A DNA stretch of 63,866 nucleotides, counting the filler, from Vicugna vicugna (Eukaryota), in the NCBI GenBank assembly GCA_013265495.1. It is 82 parts of 77 records of this genome, joined end to end, with 100 filler letters (N's around TTAATTAATTAA, not from the genome) between each part and the next. Parts side by side here need not be neighbours in the genome. Positions count along the whole stretch, not along the records: positions 36,952 to 37,535 come from PNXW01004901.1; positions 37,636 to 38,363 come from MU058492.1; positions 38,464 to 38,993 come from PNXW01004905.1; positions 39,094 to 39,402 come from PNXW01004906.1; positions 39,503 to 40,490 come from MU058494.1; positions 40,591 to 40,774 come from MU058494.1; positions 40,875 to 41,552 come from MU058495.1; positions 41,653 to 42,596 come from PNXW01004921.1; 74 more parts are not named here. The stretch is one strand, 5' to 3'. The stretch's first letter is position 1. Each line of letters begins with the position of its first letter. The translations under genes were made by a program, and so were the position numbers. Shown piece after piece: positions 36,952 to 49,869 of this stretch. Below the pieces are notes generated by a model. It searched no databases. It had not been told where the DNA came from and saw nothing but the letters and a program-made list of their open reading frames with translations.

Positions 36952-37535
36952 CTGATGGCATGCCTAGGCTGGAGAGTGGGGGAAAGTGGAGTTTGGGCCC
37001 TAAACCTAGTATAAGCGAGAGCTTATCCATGGGATGTGGGTTTTTAACTTACAACCCACCACCATGGAATAAATGTGCCCCCTGAAAGATGCTTTGAATG
37101 TTTCCCTACATCCAGCACACACACAAAGATGTGTTCTGCAATTCTGATTGTGGGGAAGTTCCTCAAACTGACAGCAGCACCTGGATTCTATTAGTATCCC
37201 TTAGCTTCTGTTCCCTGAGTGTTAATTTAGGCCAGGCCATGAGGGAAAGCTGGGGGTTAGGCTTGGAGACAAAGTAGCAGTGAGTGCCCCCTGATCCACT
37301 GAGGAAGTACTTAGAGGACTTCTCCCTAAACGGAACACCTTTTCCTCAATTCATCTGGGTGGAGTGGTGATGCACATCTCTCCCACACCTAAGAATGTGT
37401 TCTGGAATTCTGAGTGCAGGGAAGTTCCTCCAAAGGACAGCAGCGCCTGGGTTCTAATTGAATCCCTTTGCTGGTCTTCCTATTGATGGAAAGCATAGGC
37501 GGTAGTGCGCGGGAAAGTGTGGTTTGGGCTCCGAA
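36952..37535 (-). repeat. Satellite C fragment
   Basis: Reverse complement of 16354-16801 and 60700-61165. Confidence 0.88.
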
Positions 37536-37829
37536 NNNNNNNNNNNNNNNNNNNNNNNNNNNNNNNNNNNNNNNNNNNNTTAATTAATTAANNNNNNNNN
37601 NNNNNNNNNNNNNNNNNNNNNNNNNNNNNNNNNNNTTGGGCCCTGGCCCCCCCGAACCCCCCTTGGTTTTGTCTTTCTCTATCCTTCTTGCCACCTGACC
37701 CCACATCAGGGGGGCTTCTGGATTATAAGCCTCAGTCCGCGCTCAGACCAACCCAATGGCCATGCATCGTGACTGCCCGGGGTCCAGCTGCGTTCCTCAG
37801 CCACAGAGTTCTCAAGACCTCCCTTGTGG

Positions 37830-37918
37830 CAGTCCTTGCTACCCAGGCCCTACCAGAGCCAGCTTCTGTCCACAGTCCTTGCTACCCAGGCCCTGCCAGA
37901 GCCAGCTTCTGTCCACAG
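37830..37918. repeat. 43 bp tandem duplication
   Basis: cagtccttgctacccaggccct(a/g)ccagagccagcttctgtcca twice. Confidence 0.9.
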
Positions 37919-38463
37919 GAGTGAGCCCCAGGGGAAGGAAGGGGTACCGGGCTGCAGCTCGCTGACACTCATGTGGGAAGGGGACAAGGGTCTCAGCACC
38001 AGCCTCGGTGCCAGTCAATGTTCCTGGTCACCAGCTGCAAGGGAGTTAGTGCTGCCCAGCAGTTCCGTTCCCNNNNNNNNNNNNNNNNNNNNNNNNNNNN
38101 NNNNNNNNNNNNNNNNNNNNNNNNNNNNNNNNNNNNNNNNNNNNNNNNNNNNNNNNNNNNNNNNNNNNNNNNNNNNNNNNNNNNNNNNNNNNNNNNNNNN
38201 NNNNNNNNNNNNNNNNNNNNNNNNNNNNNNNNNNNNAATAAATAAATCCAACAGAAATGTCTTTGAAAGCTTATTGCTGTTAATTTCCAGGATTTTACGT
38301 ATTAACACCTTCTAAGAACACACTGAACCTGATAAAATCTAGCCAGTAGATCTTGGCTTGGGANNNNNNNNNNNNNNNNNNNNNNNNNNNNNNNNNNNNN
38401 NNNNNNNTTAATTAATTAANNNNNNNNNNNNNNNNNNNNNNNNNNNNNNNNNNNNNNNNNNNN

Positions 38464-38993
38464 AGAACACAGAATTTAGAATATTGAATACAGAATACTT
38501 AATATAAATTTTACAATATAGAAAGTTGAACACAGAGAATAGAATATAGAATACGGAATACTGAATATGGAATTTAGAATATAAAATGTAGAACACAGAA
38601 TACAGAATATAGAATATTGAATGCAGAATATAGAATACACAAAATCGAATGTAGAACACAGAATATAGAAAATAGAAAAGAGTATATGGAACACAAATAT
38701 AAAACATGGAATGCAGAACACTGAATTTAGAATATAGAATGCAGAATACTGAATATAGAATTTTGAATATAGAATGCAGAACACAGAATATAGAATACGG
38801 CATGCAGAATTTGCAATATATTATATAGAATGCAGAACACAGAATTTAGAACATAGAATGCAGAATACTGTATATAGAGTATAGAATTTCGAATATAGAA
38901 CGAATAACACAGAATATAGAATATAGACAAAGGAATGGAGAATATTATATATAGAATATAGAATGAAGAACACCAAATATACAATATAGAATA
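38464..38993 (+). repeat. Satellite E
   Basis: Degenerate (AGAATAT)n. Confidence 0.9.
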
Positions 38994-39093
38994 NNNNNNN
39001 NNNNNNNNNNNNNNNNNNNNNNNNNNNNNNNNNNNNNTTAATTAATTAANNNNNNNNNNNNNNNNNNNNNNNNNNNNNNNNNNNNNNNNNNNN

Positions 39094-39402
39094 TCTGTGC
39101 CAGGGAATGCTAGGGGGGTTTACAGGATATCCCAGTGTGAGAGGCTGCCTCCTCAAAGTCATGGAAGGTTTTTCTCGGACTTCCCCGAACAGGGAACACC
39201 TGTGACTGAAAAGAGCTGCGTGGAGTTGTCTCTCGAGAATAGTTCCGGAATCCTGATCCTGTGGAGGTTCCTCCAACGGTCGGCAGCGCGTGGGTTCTAA
39301 CGGAATGCCTAAGCTCATCTCCCCTGAGGGTTTTCCTAATTTCTCTGTTCCAGGTACTGCTTGGGGGATTTGCAGGATATCCCAGTGACAGAGGCTGCCT
39401 CC
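39094..39402 (-). repeat. Satellite A, monomer with short internal deletion
   Basis: Matches 63068-63866 but lacks ctcccccacgcactgac after ctcgag. Confidence 0.9.
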
Positions 39403-39502
39403 NNNNNNNNNNNNNNNNNNNNNNNNNNNNNNNNNNNNNNNNNNNNTTAATTAATTAANNNNNNNNNNNNNNNNNNNNNNNNNNNNNNNNNNNNNNNNNN
39501 NN

Positions 39503-40774
39503 TGTTCTACATTCTATAATCTGGATTCAATATTCTGCCTTCCGTATACTACATTCCATGTATTATGTTCTACATTCTATATTCTAAATTCGATATTAAG
39601 TATTCTGTATTCTATATTCTAAATTCTGTGTTCTACATTCCAGGTTCTAAATTCTGAGTTCTATATTCTCTATTCTCTATTCTATATTTTGTGTTCATCA
39701 TTCTATATTCTATATTCTATATTCTGCATTCCGTAGTCTATATNNNNNNNNNNNNNNNNNNNNNNNNNNNNNNNNNNNNNNNNNNNNNNNNNNNNNNNNN
39801 NNNNNNNNNNNNNNNNNNNNNNNNNNNNNNNNNNNNNNNNNNNNNNNNNNNNNNNNNNNNNNNNNNNNNNNNNNNNNNNNNNNNNNNNNNNNNNNNNNNN
39901 NNNNNNNNNNNNNNNNNNNNNNNNNNNNNNNNNNNNNNNNNNNNNNNNNNNNNNNNNNNNNNNNNNNNNNNNNNNNNNNNNNNNNNNNNNNNNNNNNNNN
40001 NNNNNNNNNNNNTACTGAATTCTATATTCAGTATTCCTTATTCCATATACTAAATACTGTGTTCTACATTCTATATTCGAAATCCTATATTCAGTATATT
40101 TTTTTCTATATTCTATGTTCTGTGTTCTGTATTCGATGTTCTCAATACTGGGTTTTGTATTCTGTTTTCCATATTCTTATTTCTGTGTTCTAAATTCTAT
40201 ATTCTGTATTCTATTTTCTGCATTCCGTATTCTATATTCTATATTCTGTGTTCTACATTGTATATTCTAAATTCTATATTAAGTATACTGTATTCTATAT
40301 TCTATATTCTGTGTTCTGTATTCCATATTACAAATTCTGTGTTCTATATTCTGTATTCTATATTCTATATTCTGTGTTCTACATTCTATATTCTAAATTC
40401 TATATTCCGTATTCTATACTCTATATTCTAAATTCTGTGTTTTACATTCTATATTCTAAATTCTATATTCAGTAATCTGTATTCTATTTTNNNNNNNNNN
40501 NNNNNNNNNNNNNNNNNNNNNNNNNNNNNNNNNNTTAATTAATTAANNNNNNNNNNNNNNNNNNNNNNNNNNNNNNNNNNNNNNNNNNNNATTCTAAATT
40601 CTGTGTTCTGCATTCCATGTTCTCAATTCTGGGTTTTGTATTCTGTTTTCCATATTCTATATTCTGTGTTCTAAATTCTATATTCTGTATTCAATATTCT
40701 GCTTTCCGTATACTCTATTCCATATTCTATTTTCTACATTGTATATTCTACATTCTATATTCAGTATTCTGTAT
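39503..40774 (-). repeat. Satellite E (two scaffolds: 39503-40490, 40591-40774)
   Basis: Degenerate (ATATTCT)n. Confidence 0.9.
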
Positions 40775-40874
40775 NNNNNNNNNNNNNNNNNNNNNNNNNN
40801 NNNNNNNNNNNNNNNNNNTTAATTAATTAANNNNNNNNNNNNNNNNNNNNNNNNNNNNNNNNNNNNNNNNNNNN

Positions 40875-41552
40875 GAGCATGTGGATTACTGATCTTTCAT
40901 CCTCTATAAATACAATATTTTCATCTAGACACGTGTACCCATTTTCACAATCTTTTCCTAACACCAGTTTCGAACTCATTCTTTTTTCTCAGAAAAATAC
41001 TTCTGGAGCGATTTCCATCTAACAGATATGTAATTTACATGAATTCCATCAACATGGTTTTCCGGGTTCCGTACATTCTTCATGCATGAAGGATTCGGCA
41101 AACATATGTTTCTGAGATATCAGCATGTGGATTACTGACCTTTCATCCACCAAACAAGGCATATATACACTTAGAAATATTGACTTTGACTTCATAGATT
41201 TTTTCTGTCACCAGGTACAAAATCGGACATTTGGCACTAGAAAAGCCTCTTTGAGCAAATACTCACCTATACACATGTAATTCACATTGTTTACATAACC
41301 ACGGCATTCCATATTCTGAACATGTTTCATGCAATACCGATTCCTCAAACGTGCATTTCTGAGTTGTGAATAATCCTATCCCCCAAGAATCACACTTTGA
41401 TCCCAGAAAAACCCTCTTTTAGCACATTCTAACCTAGAGATATGTAATTTGAAAAGATTCTATCTACATGATATTCCGTGTTCCGTACATGCTATGCTAG
41501 TTTGTCAAATCTGTCATGTATGTAGCATGTACGGAACACGGAATATCATGTA
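40875..41552 (+). repeat. Satellite D with internal deletion and terminal inversion
   Basis: Matches 34995-35922; strand switch near 41500. Confidence 0.88.
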
Positions 41553-41652
41553 NNNNNNNNNNNNNNNNNNNNNNNNNNNNNNNNNNNNNNNNNNNNTTAA
41601 TTAATTAANNNNNNNNNNNNNNNNNNNNNNNNNNNNNNNNNNNNNNNNNNNN

Positions 41653-42596
41653 TTCCCTTTGTGCTGGATGAACGAACGTGTCTCCACGTGCTCAGTTATG
41701 AGAGATAAGCGTCTGTGAAAGCCGTCCTTCAACTAGCCTGAAGGGAACACAAAGTTTCTTTTCAGTTGCAAACTCCACACCATACATATGTATGGGGAGC
41801 TACAAGCTCCAACTGGGATTTACAGTGCAAACCGCAGGAACTTCAATCCGGCACTAGGAAACAGAGTGAGAAACCAGAGAAAGTGTTTCTCCTGCAACCC
41901 TTTCCCTTTGTGCTGGATGAACGAACGACTAACCACATGCTCATTTCTGAGAGATAAATGTGTGTGAAAGCCGTCCTTCACCTAACTTGAAGGGAACACA
42001 AAGTTTCTATTGAGTTGCAATCTCCAGTCCTTACATATATATGGGGTGGTTCAAGCTCAAACTCGGTTTTACAGTGCAAACCGCAGGAACTTCAAACCGG
42101 CACTAGGAAACAGACTGAGAAACCAGAGTAAGTGTTTCTCCTGCAACCCGTTCCCTTTGTGCTGGATGAACGAACGTCTCTCCACATGCTCAGTTTTGAG
42201 AGATATGTGTGTGTGAATGCCGTCCTTCACCTAGATTGAAAGGAACACAAAGTTTCGTTTCAGTTGCAAACTCCACACCATATATATATATGGGGTGGTA
42301 CAATGTCAAACTCGGTTTTACAGTGCAAACTTCAGGAACTTCAAACCGGCACTAGGAAACAATTTGAGAAACCAGAGTAAGTGTTTCCCCTGCAACTCGT
42401 TCCGTTTGTGCTGGATGAACGAACGTCTCTCCACATGCTCAGTTCTGAGAGATAAGTGTGTGTGAAAGCCATCCTTCACCTAACTTGAAGGGAACACATA
42501 GTTTCTTTTCGTTTGCAAACCCCACACCATACATATATAAGGGGAGGTAATAGCTCCAACTCGGTTTTACAGTGCAAACCGCAGGAACTTCAAACA
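41653..42596 (+). repeat. Satellite B, about 3.8 tandem 249 bp monomers
   Basis: ttcc(c/g)tttgtgctggatgaacgaacg at 41653, 41902, 42151, 42400. Confidence 0.96.
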
Positions 42597-43253
42597 NNNN
42601 NNNNNNNNNNNNNNNNNNNNNNNNNNNNNNNNNNNNNNNNTTAATTAATTAANNNNNNNNNNNNNNNNNNNNNNNNNNNNNNNNNNNNNNNNNNNNGTGC
42701 TGTGTAAATGCCCTGAAAGGTGCATTTTTTGGACTGATTTTCTTTTCCTAAAGGAAACGATTCCTAGAAATGGTGTTGAGTCAGTGTGTACGTACGTTTT
42801 TCAGAGTTTACATATCCATTGACATGTCGTCCTCCGAAAATGTCGCTCATGCTTTGTTCTCCCACAAATGGACACTAGCTAGAATATGTATTAAAAATAT
42901 TTGCCAATATGATGAGCAAAAGTGCTTTTTCATTGTTTTAGTTTGCATTTGATGACCAATGAGGTATTGAGCATTTTTTACNNNNNNNNNNNNNNNNNNN
43001 NNNNNNNNNNNNNNNNNNNNNNNNNNNNNNNNNNNNNNNNNNNNNNNNNNNNNNNNNNNNNNNNNNNNNNNNNNNNNNNNNNNNNNNNNNNNNNNNNNNN
43101 NNCTAACACCTTGTCTTCATCAACATGTATCACAGAGCTTTTTCTTGTAATTTNNNNNNNNNNNNNNNNNNNNNNNNNNNNNNNNNNNNNNNNNNNNTTA
43201 ATTAATTAANNNNNNNNNNNNNNNNNNNNNNNNNNNNNNNNNNNNNNNNNNNN

Positions 43254-44081
43254 GAACATTGTATGCAGAACACAGAATTTAGAATATAGAATGCAGAAAA
43301 GGTATATAGAATTTAGAATATAGAATGAATAACACAGCATATAGAATATATACAAAGAAATGGAGAATATATTGTATACAATATAGAAAGAAGAACACAA
43401 AATACAGAATATAGAATAGAGAATATAGAACCCAGAATTTAGAAATGGAATGCAGAACAGAGAATTTAGAATATAGAATACAGAATACAGAAAAAAGTTT
43501 TTAAAATATAGAATGTAGTACACAGAGTATAGAATATAGGATTCAGAATACTGAATATAGAATTTAGAATATAGAATGTAGAAAACAGAATATAGAATAT
43601 AGAATACGGAATGCAGAATANNNNNNNNNNNNNNNNNNNNNNNNNNNNNNNNNNNNNNNNNNNNNNNNNNNNNNNNNNNNNNNNNNNNNNNNNNNNNNNN
43701 NNNNNNNNNNNNNNNNNNNNNNNNNNNNNNNNNNNNNNNNNNNNNNNNNNNNNNNNNNNNNNNNNNNNNNNNNNNNNNNNNNNNNNNNNNNNNNNNNNNN
43801 NNNNNNNNNNNNNNNNNNNNNNNNNNNNNNNNNNNNNNNNNNNNNNNNNNNNNNNNNNNNNNNNNNNNNNNNNNNNNNNNNNNNNNNNNNNNNNNNNNNN
43901 NNNNNNNNNNNNNNNNNNNNNNNNNNNNNNNNNNNNNNNNNNNNNNNNNNNNNNNNNNNNNNNNNNNNNNNNNNNNNNNNNNNNNNNNNNNNNNNNNNNN
44001 NNNNNNNNNNAACACAGAATATATAGAATTCAGAACTATGAATATAGAATTCAGAATATAGAATGAATAACACAGAATATA
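43254..44081 (+). repeat. Satellite E, gapped
   Basis: Degenerate (AGAATAT)n. Confidence 0.9.
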
Positions 44082-44574
44082 NNNNNNNNNNNNNNNNNNN
44101 NNNNNNNNNNNNNNNNNNNNNNNNNTTAATTAATTAANNNNNNNNNNNNNNNNNNNNNNNNNNNNNNNNNNNNNNNNNNNNTTCTTGAGACCACACACTG
44201 ATGTCATTTACCAGAGTTATACTCCAAATCTGACATTCTAGACTGTTAAAATCTTGCACACATTCAAATGGTTCAGGTTTGGATGTGTATTCAACTCTGG
44301 AGGCCTCGACCAAATTCGATAAAGCCACCCGGACAAGTTCAGCAAAATGCAAAGAAATTTTTCTCTCTGCAAGACTGAAATGTCTGTGAAGCTATAAAAA
44401 CTTCTGCATCTACAAAAATAGGGAACCAACTCATCAATAACTTATCTATCCATAATGCATGGACATTTAAGAAAAAATACTGCATTTACTCCTATTAAAT
44501 TCTATCTGGCTTTTGCCAAATTGTGTCCTAAACTGTAAGGAAAGTATATAAATGTACAGAATTTTTGACCTTTT

Positions 44575-44972
44575 AAGAGAAAAAGGAACCCTCCTACTTG
44601 GTTGGAGGGAATGTAAATTGGTGCAGCCACTATGGAGGACAGTATAGAGCTTCCTTAAAAAACTGAAAATAGACTTCCTTGTAATCCAGCAATCCCATTC
44701 ATGGGTATATGTCTGGAAAAAAATATAATTCAAAAAGACACATGCACCCCAATGTTCACAGCAGCACTATTTACAATAGCCAAGACACTGAAACAACCCA
44801 AATGTTCACTGACAGATGACTGGATAAAGAAGTTGTGGTATATTATATATATATACATATATACATATATATATATATACACACACAAGCATATACACAT
44901 GAACACACACACACAGTGGAATAACATACACACACATATATACACATGAACACACACACACACAACGGAATA
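44575..44972 (+). mobile_element. LINE-1 ORF2 C-terminal end with (TA)/(CA) expansion
   Basis: [37 protein letters not shown]. Confidence 0.95.
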
Positions 44973-45139
44973 NNNNNNNNNNNNNNNNNNNNNNNNNNNN
45001 NNNNNNNNNNNNNNNNTTAATTAATTAANNNNNNNNNNNNNNNNNNNNNNNNNNNNNNNNNNNNNNNNNNNNAAGAAAAATCTGTATACTAAAAATGTGA
45101 AAATAGTTTCATGGTTTCTGTTTCATTCTCCCAATATCG

Positions 45140-45289
45140 GTTTTGGATGACAAGCTTGTATTTGCAAAAGTACACCCCCTGTGGGAGGTGTTCTGTACAT
45201 ACGCTGAGATACTGCACATAATATTGCCTCTGAAGCCCAATGATCTGAAAACCCGGTCCTCAGCCTTTGGTAACTTCAGCTGTTTGATG
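45140..45289 (+). pseudogene. ANO6: ANO6 (TMEM16F) exon copy, probably a degenerate duplicate
   Basis: VLDDKLVFAKVHPLWEVFCTYAEILHIILPLKPNDLKTRSSAFG vs ANO6 as recalled VLDDKLVFVKVHAPWEVLCTYAEIMHIKLPLKPNDLKNRSSAFG; pyrimidine tract upstream but CG rather than AG before GTT. Confidence 0.8.
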
Positions 45290-46040
45290 NNNNNNNNNNN
45301 NNNNNNNNNNNNNNNNNNNNNNNNNNNNNNNNNNNNNNNNNNNNNNNNNNNNNNNNNNNNNNNNNNNNNNNNNNNNNNNNNNNNNNNNNNNNNNNNNNNN
45401 NNNNNNNNNNNNNNNNNNNNNNNNNNNNNNNNNNNNNNNNNNNNNNNNNNNNNNNNNNNNNNNNNNNNNNNNNNNNNNNNNNNNNNNNNNNNNNNNNNNN
45501 NNNNNNNNNNNNNNNNNNNNNNNNNNNNNNNNNNNNNNNNNNNNNNNNNNNNNNNNNNNNNNNNNNNNNNNNNNNNNNNNNNNNNNNNNNNNNNNNNNNN
45601 NNNNNNNNNNNNNNNNNNNNNNNNNNNNNNNNNNNNNNNNNNNNNNNNNNNNNNNNNNNNNNNNNNNNNNNNNNNNNNNNNNNNNNNNNNNNNNNNNNNN
45701 NNNNNNNNNNNNNNNNNNNNNNNNNNNNNNNNNNNNNNNNNNNNNNNNNNNNNNNNNNNNNNNNNNNNNNNNNNNNNNNNNNNNNNNNNNNNNNNNNNNN
45801 NNNNNNNNNNNNNNNNNNNNNNNNNNNNNNNNNNNNNNNNNNNNNNNNNNNNNNNNNNNNNNNNNNNNNNNNNNNNNNNNNNNNNNNNNNNNNNNNNNNN
45901 NNNNNNNNNNNNNNNNNNNNNNNNNNNNNNNNNNNNNNNNNGGGAAGGCTGAGTTTAACGAGTGAATGAATGAACTGTAGTTCCCCCAGAGTTACCATGT
46001 GGGACAGTGAGGATTAGCAGCTAAGAGCATAGACTCTAGA

Positions 46041-46189
46041 GGGGAGGGTACAGCTCAAGTGATGGGGCGCATGCTTAGCAAGTATAAGGTCCTGGGTTCA
46101 GCCCCCATCACGTCCCCTAAAATAGACAAATAACCTTAATTACATCCCCACCCCCCACCAGAATTACCTTATTATCTCCCCACCACCAA
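46041..46189 (+). mobile_element. tRNA-derived SINE, camelid Vic-1-like
   Basis: ggggagggtacagctcaagtg...catgcttagca...ggtcctgggttca...taaataaacct-like tail; pol III A/B boxes. Confidence 0.85.
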
Positions 46190-46811
46190 NNNNNNNNNNN
46201 NNNNNNNNNNNNNNNNNNNNNNNNNNNNNNNNNTTAATTAATTAANNNNNNNNNNNNNNNNNNNNNNNNNNNNNNNNNNNNNNNNNNNNCAGCAGCCTCA
46301 GTGCCAGGGATTATGCCCAGGTCACACTGCAAACGTTCTGCCCGCCTCACAGCCCCCAGGAGCAGGTCACCTGGAAGTCACAGCAAGTGCCCCACCGAAT
46401 CCAGAAGTCTCTTCTTTTGCCAGCACCACTGATGAATGGTTTCCAACCTTCGGTCAGTTTCGCACAAAACAGCACCTTCTACAGTGAAGCGGGTGGTTTT
46501 TCTTCTGCGCCTCATCCTTACTGGAAACGTAAAGGGAAACCAAAAGGCCTTTTCTCAACCCTTTTCTGATGACACCCTCCCACCCACAATACTCATATGC
46601 TCAAGAGCTTTGGATCCACATGATTTTCTTTCTCTTAGGCTAAGTGGCTCAAAAAACTAAGGGATTCTTTCTCCTTTGAGGGTATTAGCACTCAGTTTCT
46701 CGGCTTTAATCNNNNNNNNNNNNNNNNNNNNNNNNNNNNNNNNNNNNNNNNNNNNTTAATTAATTAANNNNNNNNNNNNNNNNNNNNNNNNNNNNNNNNN
46801 NNNNNNNNNNN

Positions 46812-47599
46812 GGATGAGCCAACCTTTAAAGTAATTTGAATCTACTATTCTGAGAGAGTCTCAGGCTCTTTTGGTGGAGGATGGGAAAGGGGAAAGGAAT
46901 GGAGAAAAGAAGTAAATGAAGCAAAGCTGCAAGAATACTGCTAGGGAAAGGCAAGAAAATTAATTTTGTTCCTACTTGCATCACACACAAATTAGGGACT
47001 GGCTTTCCCCCATGTCTTGTCAAGCACTGAGTTGCAGAAGAACAGGCGACATACCATTTCTCACTGAGCTTGTGACTGTACGTGGCATCTTATAGACACT
47101 AATTATTTAACCTGATCAAACACTCTAGCAGCAGGCTGTAATTCTCCTATTTTGAGAGATAAGAAAACAGGCAGTGAAAGAGGGTATATAGCTTGACAAA
47201 AGTCAGAGGACAAGTAAACTAAAGAGGATGAATTCAAACTCAGATCTNNNNNNNNNNNNNNNNNNNNNNNNNNNNNNNNNNNNNNNNNNNNNNNNNNNNN
47301 NNNNTGTTCCTGGCACCAAGCATTTCCCATGGCGATATTCTCCAGTTCTCAGACACAGCGCTCTGTGCAGCCAATAACCTCCATTCGACCTTGATCATCT
47401 ACCTGCCACACCCACCAGGCTTCACCAGGCAGGAAAGCTGGCTTTCAAGTGCATACAAAGCCACCCCTGTTTTATCCTGGACTCTTCAGCGGCTTTTCCA
47501 GCGTAAATGCAGCCATGAAAGTGCTCACAGTTTGTACATGAGACACACTACCTTTCTCCATCTGTCTCCCCACCTATACTACTTTACTATGACCATTTT
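46812..47599 (-). repeat. Low-copy duplicated segment; paralog of 683-1159
   Basis: Shared conceptual peptide DLSLNSSSLVY.SSDFCQ.IYPLS reflects DNA homology. Confidence 0.85.
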
Positions 47600-47699
47600 N
47601 NNNNNNNNNNNNNNNNNNNNNNNNNNNNNNNNNNNNNNNNNNNTTAATTAATTAANNNNNNNNNNNNNNNNNNNNNNNNNNNNNNNNNNNNNNNNNNNN

Positions 47700-48765
47700 T
47701 TCGTGCACCCGTGCCACAAGGATGAGAGGACAAGGAAAAGTGGTGCAAGTCCACAGCGTGAGAAGAGGAAGTATTTCCTTCAGCATTATCTCCCAAATTC
47801 AGATGCTACATTTTGGATAGTAGCGGCAAGGTACGGCAACGAGGACATGAAGGTCGGTCTGCGGGATCATTCCAGCAGGCCCTGATGTGTGACATCCGTA
47901 GATATGCTTCCACTGGTGTTTCTGTAGACAGAGAAGCTCTGGGAAGAACTGGTTCATTGGGACATTCCCGTGGCACTACAAAGAAGAAGCCCACACTTCT
48001 TTGGCAGTTTGGAAACACTCCAAAATGATATAGAGCAGAATGCAGAGCTGACAACCTTTAGAAGCTTCATTTCCACAAGAGGAAGGGCCCTGTGCACTTT
48101 CAGATTTGTGAAATAAACGTAATCAAAATGAGGTTATGATAATCGAAATAGTATGGGGTGTTCATCACAACAAAGGCAACACCAGCAATCGGAGATATAC
48201 CAGACAACACACACAGGAACAGGACATGGCATCAATGTCTAGGAGAAATTGTCCTCACAGAAATCCCATGGAANNNNNNNNNNNNNNNNNNNNNNNNNNN
48301 NNNNNNNNNNNNNNNNNNNNNNNNNNNNNNNNNNNNNNNNNNNNNNNNNNNNNNNNNNNNNNNNNNNNNNNNNNNNNNNNNNNNNNNNNNNNNNNNNNNN
48401 NNNNNNNNNNNNNNNNNNNNNNNNNNNNNNNNNNNNNNNNNNNNNNNNNNNNNNNNNNNNNNNNNNNNNNNNNNNNNNNNNNNNNNNNNNNNNNNNNNNN
48501 NNNNNNNNNNNNNNNNNNNNNNNNNNNNNNNNNNNNNNNNNNNNNNNNNNNNNNNNNNNNNNNNNNNNNNNNNNNNNNNNNNNNNNNNNNNNNNNNNNNN
48601 NNNNNNNNNNNNNNNNNNNNNNNNNNNNNNNNNNNNNCTAGATAATGGGATGCATGAAAGTCTGTGAATTCAGAGGAACAGAAATCCCTCGGTCAGGAGC
48701 AGACATAGGAAAGCAAGTGTAAACCAATGAAAACAGTGCTGTTGAATCCTGGGGTAAGAAAAGAC
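47700..48765 (+). repeat. Unclassified multicopy family F, copy 3 with 3' extension
   Basis: 47700-47990 aligns with 33025-33300. Confidence 0.8.
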
Positions 48766-48865
48766 NNNNNNNNNNNNNNNNNNNNNNNNNNNNNNNNNNN
48801 NNNNNNNNNTTAATTAATTAANNNNNNNNNNNNNNNNNNNNNNNNNNNNNNNNNNNNNNNNNNNN

Positions 48866-49622
48866 AGTTGTCTCTCGAGCTCCCCCACGCACTGACATTT
48901 GTTCCGTAATACTGAGCGTGAGGAGTTTCCACCGACGGTCGGCAGCGCATGGGTTCTAACGGAAAGCCTAAGCTCGTCTCCCCTGAGGGTTTTCCTAATT
49001 TCTCTGTGCCAGGGAATGCTAGGTGGGTTGGCAGATTATCCCAGTGACAGGGGCTGCCTCCCCAAGTTCAGGGAAGATATTTCTCGGACTTCCCCGAACA
49101 GGGAAATCCTGTGACTGAAGATAGCTGCGTGGAGTTGTCTCTCGAGCTCCCCCACGCACTGACAATGGTTCCGGAATCCTGAGCGTGGGGACGTTCCACC
49201 AACGGTCGGCAGCGCGTGGGTCCTAACGGANNNNNNNNNNNNNNNNNNNNNNNNNNNNNNNNNNNNNNNNNNNNNNNNNNNNNNNNNNNNNNNGAGGCTG
49301 CCTCCCCAAGGTCAGGGAAGATATTTCTCGGACTTCCCCGAACAGGGAACACCTGTGACTGAAGAGAGCTGCGTGGAGTTGTCTCTCGAGCTCCTCCACG
49401 CACTGACAATGTTTCCGGAATCCTGAGCGTGAGGAGGTTCCACCAACAGTCGGCAGCGCGTGGGTTTTAACGGAAAGCCTAAGCTCGTCTCTCCTGATGC
49501 TTTTCCGAATGTCTCTGTGCCAGGGAATGCTAGGGGTGTTGGCAAGATATCCCAGTGACAGAGGCTGCCTCACCAAAGTCAGAGAAGTTATTTCTCGGAC
49601 TTCCCCAAACAGGGAACACCTG
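48866..49622 (-). repeat. Satellite A (267 bp)
   Basis: ctcgagctcccccacgcactgac at 48874 and 49141. Confidence 0.95.
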
Positions 49623-49869
49623 NNNNNNNNNNNNNNNNNNNNNNNNNNNNNNNNNNNNNNNNNNNNTTAATTAATTAANNNNNNNNNNNNNNNNNNNNNN
49701 NNNNNNNNNNNNNNNNNNNNNNTTCTGCTCCACCATCTTTGTTTCCCCCACAAAAAGTCTCACTTTACGGTGGAAGATAAGCACAATCATTAAAAAGATG
49801 GAAAAGGTGTTCCATGGAAATGACAAGAAAGTGCAGTTTGCAATGCTCAACTCATACAAAATACGTTTT

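Noticed and set aside
38408..40475. Hydrophobic Y/F/I/L/S-rich ORFs resembling membrane proteins
   Set aside because: Conceptual translation of the (ATATTCT)n satellite strand.
46041..46112. tRNA gene
   Set aside because: Degenerate arms and a SINE-type tail; it is a tRNA-derived SINE.
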